A stretch of 33,792 nucleotides of DNA, from IMG/VR virus record IMGVR_UViG_3300020161_003266, positions 1 through 33,792 of that record; one strand, 5' to 3'. The stretch is from a virus (lineage: Duplodnaviria; Caudoviricetes). Position numbers and translations under genes: made by a program. The notes beneath the pieces are model-generated. The model saw only the letters and a list, made by a program, of their open reading frames with translations, was not told the DNA's origin and did no database searches. Numbering within the stretch: the stretch's first letter is position 1; each line of letters begins with the position of its first letter. Shown in pieces: positions 16,840-30,400 of the stretch.

Positions 16840-18414
16840 TTAAAACTGCAAAATAACCTTAATATCTTCTTTTTGGTTTATTGATCTAGTAATTGCTGGT
16901 CTATTATCAACGTAAATAATATCACCAGAATATTTTTTAACTTCAGGGTCAGATAATCCGTTTACAAAAGATTGTCCAAGGTAATATGTTCTATTATTTA
17001 TTACAGTCGAAATACCACTAAAACTATTATTAATAGATAAAGAATTTCCACTATTTCCTGCTATAACCAAACTACCACCAGTAGATGGACTGCTAGTGAA
17101 TCTTATTAATTCATATCCATATTTTGGATTAATTTGTGATGAACCTGAAGTGCTAAATCCTGCGAATGTTCTATCTTGCCAATATTTTAGAACCCCAGTG
17201 TTTTGATCATAACTAATAACTTTACCGGCAGCAGTTACTCCCGTTCCTATTGTTTGCGTTATTGTAGAATCTTGAGTAAAAACAGCTGAACTATAACCAA
17301 CTCCTGTCAGTCTAATAGCATATGTACAACTTGCCTTGTCTGATGTTAATATGTTGGTAGATGAAAGTGCTAAAGGATTTTGAACTATTCCGACCCTAGA
17401 TATTTGATTACCAGTTATAAAATCTGGATTTTGGTTGTCATTTTCTATTCTTGTATAAATTAGTACGTTATAAGCACCAAGCTCTCGATAAATATCATGT
17501 CCGTGACCACCTTTAGGTGGTATAATTACATCAAATTTTGGTCTTACTGTTCCGGTAGGAACATTGCCAGATTCCAAATCTACATTAGCATAAGTATATC
17601 CATAACCCTGACTAGAAACAGTAATTGATTGGACCCGTTGATCATTATCAATAGTTATTGTACATTCTGCTCCAAAACCATCTCCATTAATAGGAACTCT
17701 TGTATATGTTGTATTGGCGGTGCCAATACCAACTCCTCTATTGTCCAAATTATCTGGATTTATAATAATAATTTTTATAGATCCATCTACGGCATTTTCT
17801 CTAACTGCAGCATTTTCTGAACTAGTTTCCCAATTTTGAGGGACTGGGATAAAATCGGTTGATTCAAATTTTACAATATCACTTGGTTTAATAGTATATA
17901 AGTACTTCCAAACATATCCATCACCACTTGATCCAGCTGCTCTTGGTTCTAAATCTACAAATGATGGTTCATCTAAAGAAGGCCTACCTTTAGGATTCTC
18001 TGGGTCTGTTCCATTTTGCAAACAAATATAAACTCTATAATCACTATTGATTACATAATATGAAGAACCATAAAGTGAAGTGGAACCAGAAACGGGGGCA
18101 ATTTTATCTGCAGATCTGCTGTAATCATGTCTATAATAATCATAAGTAACTCCAGATGACCAAGTTCTTTTTTGAACAACTTGCCTAACATCTGTTGGAA
18201 GTATCTTCTTCAAAGAAATTGCTGTATCCCAATAATTATTTTCTTCATCAAAATTGTCTTTTGGTGCTGGTGGATTATAATCCCAATCATCTTGAATATC
18301 ATATGGATTTGGTAATCCCAAAAAAACATAATAAGAATTATTGGAAGTTGTTACCCCAGCAACAAAATTTTTAGCATTAAGTATTCTAATCTGATCAGTT
18401 ATGATTGCCGCCAT
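16840..18414 (-). CDS. gp8: Baseplate wedge subunit (T4 gp8-like)
   Basis: MAAIITDQIRILNAKNF, WSSGVTYDYYRHDYS, YYVINSDYRVYICLQNG, DGYVWKYLYTI, YSGDIIYVDNR...QKEDIKVILQF. Confidence 0.9.
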   Translation of the reverse strand: MAAIITDQIRILNAKNFVAGVTTSNNSYYVFLGLPNPYDIQDDWDYNPPAPKDNFDEENNYWDTAISLKKILPTDVRQVVQKRTWSSGVTYDYYRHDYSRSADKIAPVSGSTSLYGSSYYVINSDYRVYICLQNGTDPENPKGRPSLDEPSFVDLEPRAAGSSGDGYVWKYLYTIKPSDIVKFESTDFIPVPQNWETSSENAAVRENAVDGSIKIIIINPDNLDNRGVGIGTANTTYTRVPINGDGFGAECTITIDNDQRVQSITVSSQGYGYTYANVDLESGNVPTGTVRPKFDVIIPPKGGHGHDIYRELGAYNVLIYTRIENDNQNPDFITGNQISRVGIVQNPLALSSTNILTSDKASCTYAIRLTGVGYSSAVFTQDSTITQTIGTGVTAAGKVISYDQNTGVLKYWQDRTFAGFSTSGSSQINPKYGYELIRFTSSPSTGGSLVIAGNSGNSLSINNSFSGISTVINNRTYYLGQSFVNGLSDPEVKKYSGDIIYVDNRPAITRSINQKEDIKVILQF

Positions 18415-18429
18415 TTGAAGTTTTTTATT

Positions 18430-18437
18430 TATTTATA
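18430..18437 (-). promoter_or_regulatory. Perfect T4 late promoter TATAAATA upstream of gp8
   Basis: + strand tatttata in the 31-nt gp7-gp8 gap, 15 nt upstream of ATG 18414. Confidence 0.8.
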
Positions 18438-18445
18438 GATATATT

Positions 18446-21400
18446 TTAAGTTAAGTAGTCAGAATATTTGAGAGAGTTAACCCTTTTTATGACAGTTCCT
18501 GTAGAAATTCCAGTATATCCATTTATTGTATATGCATCGTATATATTTTCTTTACTCCTTGGTCCCAATAAAATTTTACCCCAACTAAAGTCTCCATAGT
18601 AATTACTAATTCCAATACCAGAAAGATTATTATAATTGGATACACTAACAGTAACTCTAGTCACATAGGTAACACCAAATCCAACACTTGATCTGCTAAC
18701 AATGGAGACATCTGCAACTTGATAAACTCCATCCAAGAAAGAAGTTCCCACTCCAATTATATTTCCACTAGAATCTAGTGCAGTAATTCCATTGCCGACA
18801 TTTGAATTGAATACTGTAAAATAATATCCACTTTGAATTGAACTGACTGTAGTAAATCCAGTTATTAAACTATTTCTTAATGGAGAATTTGAAGGTATTA
18901 CAAAATCAAAAATTATTCCAGTTGAAGCAACACCAACAGTGGTAGTTGCAATTCCTGTAATGATTCCAAAATCTCCAGAGTAGTTTATTGAAGTATTTTC
19001 TTCAAATTTTTGTTTTGGTGGTTCTATTAAAACTATTGGAGGATTATTTTGAGAATAACCAGTAACAAATCCCACAATTTCTATAGAACTTACTGAACCA
19101 GAAGTAATATATGATATTGCTGTAGTAGTTGTCGTTCCTATTCCTATTGGATTTTGAATTGTAACCTGTGGTGGGTCAGTGTATCCAGATCCTCCATTAG
19201 TAATAGAGATCGAAGATATTGTACTTGACGAAGAAACTATAGCAGTTGCTGATGCAGAAACCAAAATATCTTGCGAATATAAGATAACCTTTTTCTGGAA
19301 CTGTAAAGAAGTAGTATTTTCATTAGTTGGATTGAAGAAAGGTCTTACACTTTCTACAAATAAGGTAGTAGATCCAATACCAACCGAATTAATGATATAT
19401 GTTGATGGGTATATTAAAGGTTCATATAACATTCTATTTTTTGCAACTTCTTTTTGATTAATAATTCTGTCTTCTGTCTGCTTGCACCAAACCACAGGTC
19501 TATATAAAACTTGATCTGATGTGTTACCTGGACCAAAATATGGGTTTGTTTCAACAAAATCGATACTATTAATATTCGAAACTGTTCTTGAATTTTCTAA
19601 TAAGTTTGATTTTTGTCCAATTGAAGGATCGTATGTTATTGTGAGATCATCTCCATCTTTCACTGTTTCTAAGATATTTCGAAGCGGAACATCAATATCA
19701 CCACTTCCTTTATAAAATAGAATGCTGCAAGAGTCGCCTGATCTAGGAGGATCAGTAAATCTTATTGAACTCCCTCCATCAAAAATATATGCCTTTCCTG
19801 GCACCTGAAGTACTTCATTAATAAAAATTAATAGGTTATCTCTAACTACAATGTTAGATCCTTTTGCGGATAAAATAGATATAAGTTGACCCTGAGATTT
19901 TAATGGGAATATTACTCTCTCGCCAGTAAACAATCTTTCTATATTATCCAGAGGCTCTAATTGCCCTATTGACCATCCTGAGAATTTATCGGTAATTGTT
20001 CTCTGAATATACACATCAAAACTTCTAAATGTGGAATTTGGTACAGTTGGAATGCCGGAAATACTATTTGTGTCTATTGTCAGAGTATCTCCTGGTTTAT
20101 ATCCATATCCTATATTTTTTATTTCAAAATCAATTACACTTGAACCTTGACCAACAACAATATCAATAGTTGCTTGAGTTCCAACTCCGGACGGAGATGA
20201 TTTATAGATTAATGGAATATCGGAGTATGATAATGGTGGATCAATAATTACATAAGGGGGATTTGATCTTGTATATCCAATTCCTGGGTTTGTAATAGCA
20301 ATACTAACTATTCTCCCATTACTAACAGATGCTGTTCCAATATATTCAATTCTTGCTACTTCTGTTGAAGAAGTAGCAACTCCAACTCTAACGACTACAT
20401 CATCCGAAGAATAGTAACTTTGTATTTTTTTTCTATATCCGGATCCACTATTTCCTATACTAACTGACGATATTGTTCCTGAAGATGAAACAATTGCAGT
20501 TCCTCCTGCTGATACCAAAGGTTGATACCCATAACCAGAAGTTGAACCAACAGAAACTATTATTCCACCAGAAGGTAAATTTGAATTATTAATATCAGAT
20601 GATGTAGAAGTTGCTGATCCAATAAAACCGATTGATGTAATTCCTATTGTGTTTTCTGATAAATTGTAGGCTCCAGAATTTCCTGGTTGTTGGAATATTT
20701 CATTTATTAAAATAACTGCATTATCACTAGATATATCTGATAATCCAGAATAGTTTGAGTTTAAAACAAATTCTCTGGTTGTTCCATTAAACTTATCAGA
20801 TATATCATCGAAGACATAATTTTTCGAATATGGAGTATAATTGCTATTGATTTCAGCAGATCTCATAAAGACTCTGCCGTAGAATGTGGAATTTGTTGAT
20901 ATTCCCTGCCAATCTATTTCATCTGGGGGATTTGTTGTTGTTCCAATAGGAACTCTTCCATATGGAGCTGTTACAAAGTGAATTTTATTATCAACAATAT
21001 TATAGTCACCTTGCATTTTTACAACTTTAGAATTTGTTGAGTGATCTTGTATTGTGGATCCTAACCATGGTCTATTCAATCTTACCGCATTAGTTGATCC
21101 AACACCTACAGAATCAATTCTCATTATTTCGTCATCAACCTTAATTAAATCGCCACTAAAGAAATTTGTTGTTCCATCAAAATATAGTATATCCTCTGAG
21201 ATGAGTGAAGAGGATTTTAAATGGGTTGTTGTTGCAGTGGAAGCTACTGGTGATTGGATAACATTATCAATTGTAATAAGTGCTCTAGAATTTTGATTCA
21301 CTGCAGTTAATATATGATTTGTTCCAATTCCAAGAGAAACAAAATCTAAAATTTCTGGAACAAATTTCAAAGCATCTTCAGCACTCTTAGATAGTTTAAT

Positions 21401-24400
21401 TTTATTCTGATCAACTTTAACAACATAAACGGTATTTGGAAGTTTGTCAGTTGTCCCTATACCCACACCAAAATCTGTTGTAGTTATTCCTATAGGAGCA
21501 TTAGATTCTGATATTGTTCCGGAAGAATAAATTAATTTTTCTCCAGTAACAAAAAAATGATCTTTTAGATAAACAGTGTCTTTATCGATATCAATAATAT
21601 CAGAACTACTTGCATCAAAACTTCTATTAAAAATTGGATTTGTTTTATAATTTAAATCAAATGTTCTCTTAATATCAACAGCAGCACCATAATAAACATT
21701 ATACTCATTAATTAAAATATTGTTGTTGAATGTTAATAATTTAGTGCCATCTCTATAATCTCTCATTGCATTGGAATAAATTTTTACCTCAACATCTATA
21801 TTTGGGTTTGGAGTAAATGTTAGTTGAGTGGAAGTTGGGGTCTTTAAAGATCCTATAGTACCAATTCCAGATTTTGTTTGAAGAACAGCAAACTCTGTTT
21901 CATATGCATCATTATCCCCATCATCAACTACAATTACCTCTGATAATTGATGGATATTATTTGTTATATCAGAAATTTGTACAATGTAATATGCTCCATT
22001 ATACGTATTTGTATATTCTCCAATTACATTTGCTATTGGAGATGGTGATGCGCTAATAGATGTTGATCTGGATTCAATTTTAGTGTACTGTAGAGCGTAG
22101 GTTCCTATTCCAGATGATTCGGTGTTTGCTATTGATATTTGAACTGAACTTACCGTAGCAGATATCCCAACATTTGGAGTAAAATCAATATTTAATTGGG
22201 AACCAGAAATGTAAGCGTCAAAACTTCCTATTTCGGAACTTGAATATGCACTAGAATTTCCACTAGATAGTGGAGAATATCCAATCATTTGTACATTGGT
22301 CCCATCATGAATGACATTAAGTTCATTAAACTCATATCTTCCATCATCAGCAGAAATTTCAACAATTGCTTTTATGGAAGTATATGTAATACCAACACCA
22401 ATGACTGTGGTTGATCCAGAAGAAACTTGAACAGTATTTGTGTCAAAATATGATATTCCACCAAAATTTGTACTTGCAACTCCGACAAAAGTATCTTTTA
22501 TATTGTATACAAAAGTTGTTACATCATAATCATTCCATAAAGATTTATTTGGATAAAAAAGTAATAATCCTTCATTCTTTTCTATTGAAAAATCAAATGA
22601 TCCAAGATCTAAGTAACTTTCAACTCTTCCATATTGATTCATGTAACCATAAACATTATCATGTACTAAAGTTACAAGCATTAATTGGCGTTGTTTAATG
22701 TATCTTCTATCCTTGACATAAGTTATGTATTTTTGTGCTCTGGCGCTGTCTAAAGCAAATCTGTGAGCAACTGTATATCTTGTAGTTCTTGGTAAATTGT
22801 AGAAAGAATTACTAAAATCATCTATCGAAAGAACTCTATTCCCTACAGATTCATAGTAATCTGTAAGAATTTTGCTATTAAAATAAATTTCTGACGAAAA
22901 AATAGAATCTCCATTTATTAACGCATTTTCCCTAACTAAATCAAAATCATAATAGCAATTTAAATCTGCAACTCCAATAAGTTCTATTGAAGAATCTAAA
23001 ATACTGGTCGATATTCCTACCGAAAGATTGTTGTTCTTAACTTCTACAAGTGATGGTTCACACTGATAATCACTGAACTTTTTAAATCCTAAAGTATGAT
23101 TTAATGAACCTACAACATCTTCCCACGTATCATATGGTACTTTAGATTTTAAAGAGTATGAAAAATTCTGATAATAAAAACTATCATGAAGTCTTTGTAG
23201 GTTGTTGTTTAAAAATCCAATCTCACGTTCCCAACCATTTTCAACTTTAGAATATGCTCCAAGGTTGATAGAAGCATCTGGTTTAACAGTAGAAGAAATA
23301 ATACCTTGAGTTTTTGAGACCTCTCCCTGAAGGATTTTGTTTTTTTCGATAATTTCTTTTGATAGAATTCTAACATAATCACTTTTTTCGTCCCATCCTT
23401 CTACTGTTCCTAAAGTATCAGAAGAATCTAAATATTTTACATTTTCTCCCACATAATAATTATTTTTCTTTAATTTTACTTCAAATTGTGGGAAATATTT
23501 TTCTGCTATTATCTTTCCAAAAGAATTAATATCATCATAAATCCCTGGAATTTCCCCAGATTCTAATAAATTATTCATACTATAAGTTACTATTCCAATT
23601 CCGCCTATATTTGGCGAAACTCCAGTCAATGTAAAGAGTTCATAATTGTAATTTTTTGAATCAAATCCCTTACCATCAGAATTGACGCCAACACTTACAT
23701 TTTCAATTAAAACTCTATCATTTACTTCAAACGGAAAAGTATCTGCTGTGCTGAATCCAACCGATAAAGTAACAGTTACATTATTGTTAATTTCATTATA
23801 AACTATCGAAGAAATTCCAACACCATTTGAGTTGTATATTGGTATTATAATTGGAGTAACATTTAAAATTCCATAAGTATTTTTTCTAATAGTTACAAAA
23901 GTATCATTAGTATTGTAATCCAAATCAACTTCCTGTACAAATCTTTTTGTTGAACCATCAAGAACAACTAATTTTGGTGAAGTTGTATATCCCTTTCCAA
24001 TAGAAGTAACCCTAATAGAATCAAAAGAAGATAGTGGCTCTATTTTAAGAATTTGTGGTAAAAATAAATCTGGTTTGAGTGTAAGATCTGTTGGAAAATC
24101 ATATCCAATATCATTTATTTTTACTTTTTTAATTTTGCTGATTGATTTGCTTGAATAGTTTAATATCGCCCCTGAACCATTATAAGAATCTACTGATACA
24201 AACCTTGGGAGACTATAATAATTTTTACCATAGGAAGATATGTTTAGTTCATAAATTGGACCTTCAGCATTTTCTGAATTGGTTGTATAATATAACTCTG
24301 AGTTGTATTGATCATAATAATTATTTTCTGGTTTTGTTGGCAAGTTGTATACAAATTCTGTTGATGATATTGATACAATTGATTTTTTGCCATTATATAA

Positions 24401-27400
24401 ACTATCTTTAATATTAATTTGATTATATAAAGATACTGATGAATCTATAGAAATATTTCCTTTATCGGCAGGAAGATTATCGCTATAAATTGGATCCAAT
24501 TTATAAAACAGAGATGATGGCATATTTTCATCTATGGTCAAAATTAATTTTGCATCAGAAGTAATACCAACTGTTCCAATACGAGATATATTAAATAATT
24601 TTGAATATTCAAAAAGATTGGAGAAATTTGAATCTGTATATAGATTAAAATTGAATGCAGGATAAGAAAATGATGATTTTGTGTATGATAAAGAGGGATC
24701 TGAAAGATCAAATGTTACTGTAGAATTTTTATATAACTCAATAGGGGGATTTACTGGCAATAGTGTACCATTATATGCTGAGGATATGCCTACGGTATTT
24801 GGAATTGATTTTATAGAATCATTATAACTTGTAGATAATTTAATAGTATTTGAATCTATTACAATGATATAATATTCAGTGTTATTGCTTAAGACGTAAG
24901 AAGATGATGAGTGAATTACTTTTTGTCCTGTCTTAAATCCATGATTGTCTATGGTTATAGTATTTTTGGATGTATTAATTCCTACAGAAGTAAATGATTT
25001 TGGATTTAAAACTAACTTTCTGTTATAATCATTATATTTAACTGCAAATGATGTTGAAATAGATGAATTTACATTGACAAAAACATAATCATTGTTAATT
25101 AAACCATGACTTTCTGCAGTTCCGACAGTTACTACATTTTTTAATACATTACTTGTTAAATTACTATAAACTGTTTTAAAACTGTGATAATCATTTGTAC
25201 CATTACTCGAAAAATATAATATACTTAAAGATCTGGTTGTGGATGCAATACCAACAAAAGTACCTGTAGATCCAAGACCAACTTTAACCGTAGATATTCC
25301 AATTAAATCATTAGATATTTTTGATGCATAAACTTTTTGTTGATCATTAAGATTGAATATTTTTTTACCGTCTGTAGAAACTCCGATGGGAGTTCCTCCA
25401 TTTGGAGAATATGTCAATTCATCTCCAGTTTGTAAATCGTGATTTGGTAAATATATTGATTTTACAGGAACAAAAACCTGAGATAATCCACTACCTGGAT
25501 TTGAAATTGTTAAAGTAGATCCAATTCCAACCCCATTGCCGGTTGTTCCTAAACCTACTGATTCTTTTGGATTGAAATATATTTCTTTATTTTGTTTATA
25601 ATTAAATGAAGTATATACCCCAGCATTTATTAAGAATTTTCTGGGATTTTCATATAAAATTTCTGAATAACTATGAGCAACTCCCGATGTATTATCATAT
25701 GATCTAAGTATTCTCAATCTAGAAGAACTTTTATCAACATTTAAAACTTTTATTTTTTCTGATTCTATTGAGAAAATATCATTCTCTTTAATATTACTAA
25801 TATTACCAGCAACTGATATATAAGTTACAATACCTGTTACTGTATCAGAATCTATTGCATTAGAGAGAGATAAATTATTTGTCAGATCTATGTTTGCAGG
25901 ATAGTATCCATCAAGGAATGATGAAGTTGTGTTCAATCCTGATAGAACAATAATATCTTGATTTTTGAAGTTATGTGGAGAATCTAAAACTACATTAAAG
26001 AAACCTCTTTTATTAGATTCTGGATAAATTTCTGCAGAATAAAATATAGTACTAGCAACACTTATAGTGTTTATTTTTTTACCTTTTATTTTAGAAACTT
26101 TTGCTGAGAATCCATATCCTTCAGTATTTTCATCATCAGATACTACCGTATCACCTATTTTATATCCATATCCTCCAGTAACTATTCCTATATTTTCTAT
26201 CGATCCAGGAGAAGAATATTTTATACTTACGGTTTGATTCAGTTTATTTGGAATATTAATATATCTGTATGAAGATTTTTCTTTTAATAAATTGTAGAAA
26301 GTAATATTTCTGCGCCAATTGGTTTCATTTAAATCTATATCATCTTGATTAGAGGATGATAAGAAATTAAATTGATTTGGTGCAGATTTGAAAGTATTTC
26401 CAATCAAGTATGGAAATACTGGCGATTTGTAATATCTAAAAGCACTTCCGGGTGTTGTTACTGCCGAAGAACTGAAAGTTGCAAAATATGCGTATGTTCC
26501 ATTGGGAAATTCTGGAGTAACGCAAAATCTTCCATTAAATTTATCTAAGACACTATCATCATTACTTGTATAATAGACATAATCTTCTACAAAAAATCCC
26601 CTGGGATATATGCTAGTTGATGGTCTATTTTCATCCGCTGACGTTAGAACCTTATACCCGGAATTAATTTGTTTAATAGATGCTCCGTCTTTTGCATTTT
26701 TGGACGAATATCCATATGGACCATAAATTGGATTTCCATCATATGCCCATCCAATTATTGGAGAATGTTTTGTTGAAGAAACTTCTCTACCATTTTGGAT
26801 TATAAGATCAGAATTTCCATATAAAATTTTACCATCAGGAGATACTGAATATTCTGATTCTCTTAATTTTCTAGGTGCATATAAATGAGAATACTGTAGA
26901 TTGCCTTTTGTATATGAGTTATAAAAAATAAATCCATCATCTAAAGTTATTGAATTTAAATATTTTTCGACTAGATTTACATTCCAAGTTTGAAGTTTGG
27001 CTCTAAAACTTGACTCTGCTCCAGGCGAAGTAATGATGATAGATGTTGTATTTTGTCTATAATTTATTCCACCATTTATTATTTTTACTGATTTAACTTG
27101 TCCATTTTCTATAACAGGAACCAAAACAGCTCCTATTCCTTCACCAACGATTGATATATTTGAAAATGTATTATAATCTTTTCCAGAATTATTTACTAAA
27201 ACATCTACAATCTCTCCATTGTTTATAATTGGGGAAAGTTCTACACCTTGTCCTTTTCTTAAAATAACTAGAGGTTCTCTGTTATAATTTAATACTTCGG
27301 GTGATCCATAGAATTTTCCTTTGCTTGTCAAGTGAAAGGATGTTATTTCTCCTCTAAAAATTGGTTGAATTTGTGCCTTGAATAGGTCGCCGGTTGCAGA

Positions 27401-30400
27401 ATATGCACCAATATTACCAACAATTTCTACAGAAATTGGTTGATAATTGAAATAGTGAATTTGTGATCCAACAGAAGTAAATTTAATATATTCTTTATTT
27501 TGATAATAAAAATCTTTATTGACATTATCAATACCAACTTCAGATAGTTTAAAATTATCAGAATCAACTTTTGTTAAATAATAATCAAAATTCTGAGTTA
27601 ATCCTCCTATTTGAGTACCATCCGTCGTATACCTTACAACATCTCCCGAATTAAACCCATGATCTTGAATTGTTATTTGATTAATAGATGTATTGATTCC
27701 TGATATAGAGACACTTCTTTTTTTATTCTCATATCCACTCCCACTATCGACGACATTTATTGCTGATATTACTGATTTTTTATTATATGATCTGAATGCA
27801 TGTTGCCCATATCCAAAAGAAGTTAAAGAAATTGTATTAATACCAATAGCAGCATCATTAAAAGTTGAATATAATTTTATTGTTTTAAGGTCCTGGGAAG
27901 AAGCATAATATACAGAATTTGTAGATATTCCGCCAACGGCAGTTTGTTTATTTGTTTGATAAATTACTTTTTCTACACTTCTAAATCTATGATATGTCGA
28001 AAACCCAATTGTATCATTTGCTAAATTTACTTGACCAGATTTTTGTTCCGCGTTAAAAAATATTTCATTATCTACCAGTTTCATTACTGGATATGCATTA
28101 GCAAGTAATCCATTACCACCACTAATATTGATTTTTGGGGTATCGGTATAGTCAAATCCAGAATCTAAAACTCTAATCTGAACTAATCCACCAGAAACAG
28201 AACAATAACCTGTTGCACCATATCCGATTGAATCTATAATGTCCAATACTGGAGGATTAATTATGTCATACCCATTTCCTCTAGAAGTAATCTCTATTTT
28301 TTCTATCTGTCCATAATAAATTTTATCTTTTGATTTATAATTTAATATTTCTGTTCCATTATTTAAAATTCCTATTGGACCTGGGTTTGTTTCATAAACA
28401 TTTCCATCATTAATTGGAGGTTTAATTTCTCTTAAAAGTTTTTGTGATTTTAAAGATTTGTTTTTAAATTCATAAAGTTCTATTTTGTCCCCAATTACCT
28501 CTATTTCTTCAGTAAGAGTGATAAACTTAGAATTATCACCTGTAGAATTATGAATATCAGATCTACTTTTTGCAAATTTTACATTATTTTCGTCTACTCT
28601 TTTGATAAAATACAATCCTTCTTCAAATAATTGATTTCCATTACTAAGAGAAGGTTGATAATAAATTGCTTCTCCGGTATAAAAATTATGATCCTCTGAA
28701 TCTGTTATTTTAAAAGTGTCTCCAAAGAATGTTCCTGTAAAAATAACGGATCTATATAAAGCAGATAAGGATTGGTTATAATATGAAGGTATAGAAGATG
28801 AAGATACTAATGTTTTATCGCCATCTTTGTAAACATTTTGAACATTAGCAATTTCATTTGAAATGCTATCATATAAAAGATGATCAACCTTTGTTAAATT
28901 TCTATCTATTACGTAATTTTTATTTGTAAAAAGAGTAATATTTCTTCCGATATTAAATTCTTTATCTGAAATTACACCAATAACTTCTAAAGTATTTTTG
29001 ACACCATCGTTACTTGTAATATTGATACTGTCACCTGTTCTTAAATTATGGTTGTCATATAAAGAAACTTTATATATTTCTGAAACAGAATCAATTAAAT
29101 TTAATGATTTTACTACAAATGATGTAGAAATATTGTTGATCCATTTATTTGCAACATGATCATTTAGTTTCAACTCTAATCCAAGAGTTTTAATTACTCC
29201 AAAATCTCCTCTTGATTGGTAGTATGTATCATTGTTTAATAAATTTACTTCTTTTAATACTGAATTAACTCTAACCTTGATTACTTCATTTGAATTTTCT
29301 TTAGAAGATTTGCCGTATGCAAATGTGTTCAATGACAAATCTGTCATATCTAATATTTGTTTTTCAATATTAGAACAATCAAAAAATTGATTTAAATTTT
29401 TTGACCCATAATAAACAATTCCAGTTTCTCCATCATCATAAGTTACAAATAGTTCTCCACTATTTGGAAATCCAATAGTAGAGTCTACATCTAAAGTAGT
29501 TTGTCCTTCAGATACTTCCCCTATTAATTTTGTTTTTGGATGAACACTGAATACGCCATATAAAGATCCACTAACATTGATATCTTTATTGTACCCGGAG
29601 TCAAAACTTAATTTATAATATTCTTTTTGATTATCGGAGTAAATTTTTTCAATGTTTGCTATGGGAGCAAATCCAGACACAATATCCCCATATTCATCTT
29701 GATATAAAGTGGAGTTTAAAAGTTCATATGGATCACCAGAAATAGATTCTACAACTAAATCATTTGTTATTCTGTAAGAAGCATCTGATGGTCTAATTAA
29801 ATAATTTTGTGGTTTAATTATATCAACATCTTCTCCATATAAGCTGTTGAAAAGAATTCTAAAGGATGTGTCAGTTCCCTTTGTTGAATAAAAATCTTTT
29901 GATTGCTTTAAAAATAAATTATCATTTAAGTCCCCATAAAATTCTCTTCCTTCAAATCCAGGAATAATCTGATATTTTATTTTCTTTAAAAATTCTTTTA
30001 AAAATAGAGAACTTAAATTGATTACTTGAGTTTTACCCTTCTGAATATTATTTTCAACATATTCATAGTGATCTTCGGCAGTTGTTGTTTCAAAAACTAA
30101 TTCATTATCAGAATTTTCTGTTCCATATGATGATATGCCACTAAATCCTCGTATACATCCAATAAAAGAATTTTCTGTTTTATTTGTATAAAGTATAATT
30201 TCATCATCTATTTTAATTAATCCATATGCATCAGGAAACCCAATTGTTTCCGATACTAAAATTTCCTCATCAGAAAATGAAATATCTAAAGATAGTTCAG
30301 TAGAATCGGAAGAATCAAATATCGTATTTATTTTAATATACTGATCAATATTTTGAATCAGATCTGCAGGAGCACCTTGAAACTCTTGAGAAAGGTAATA

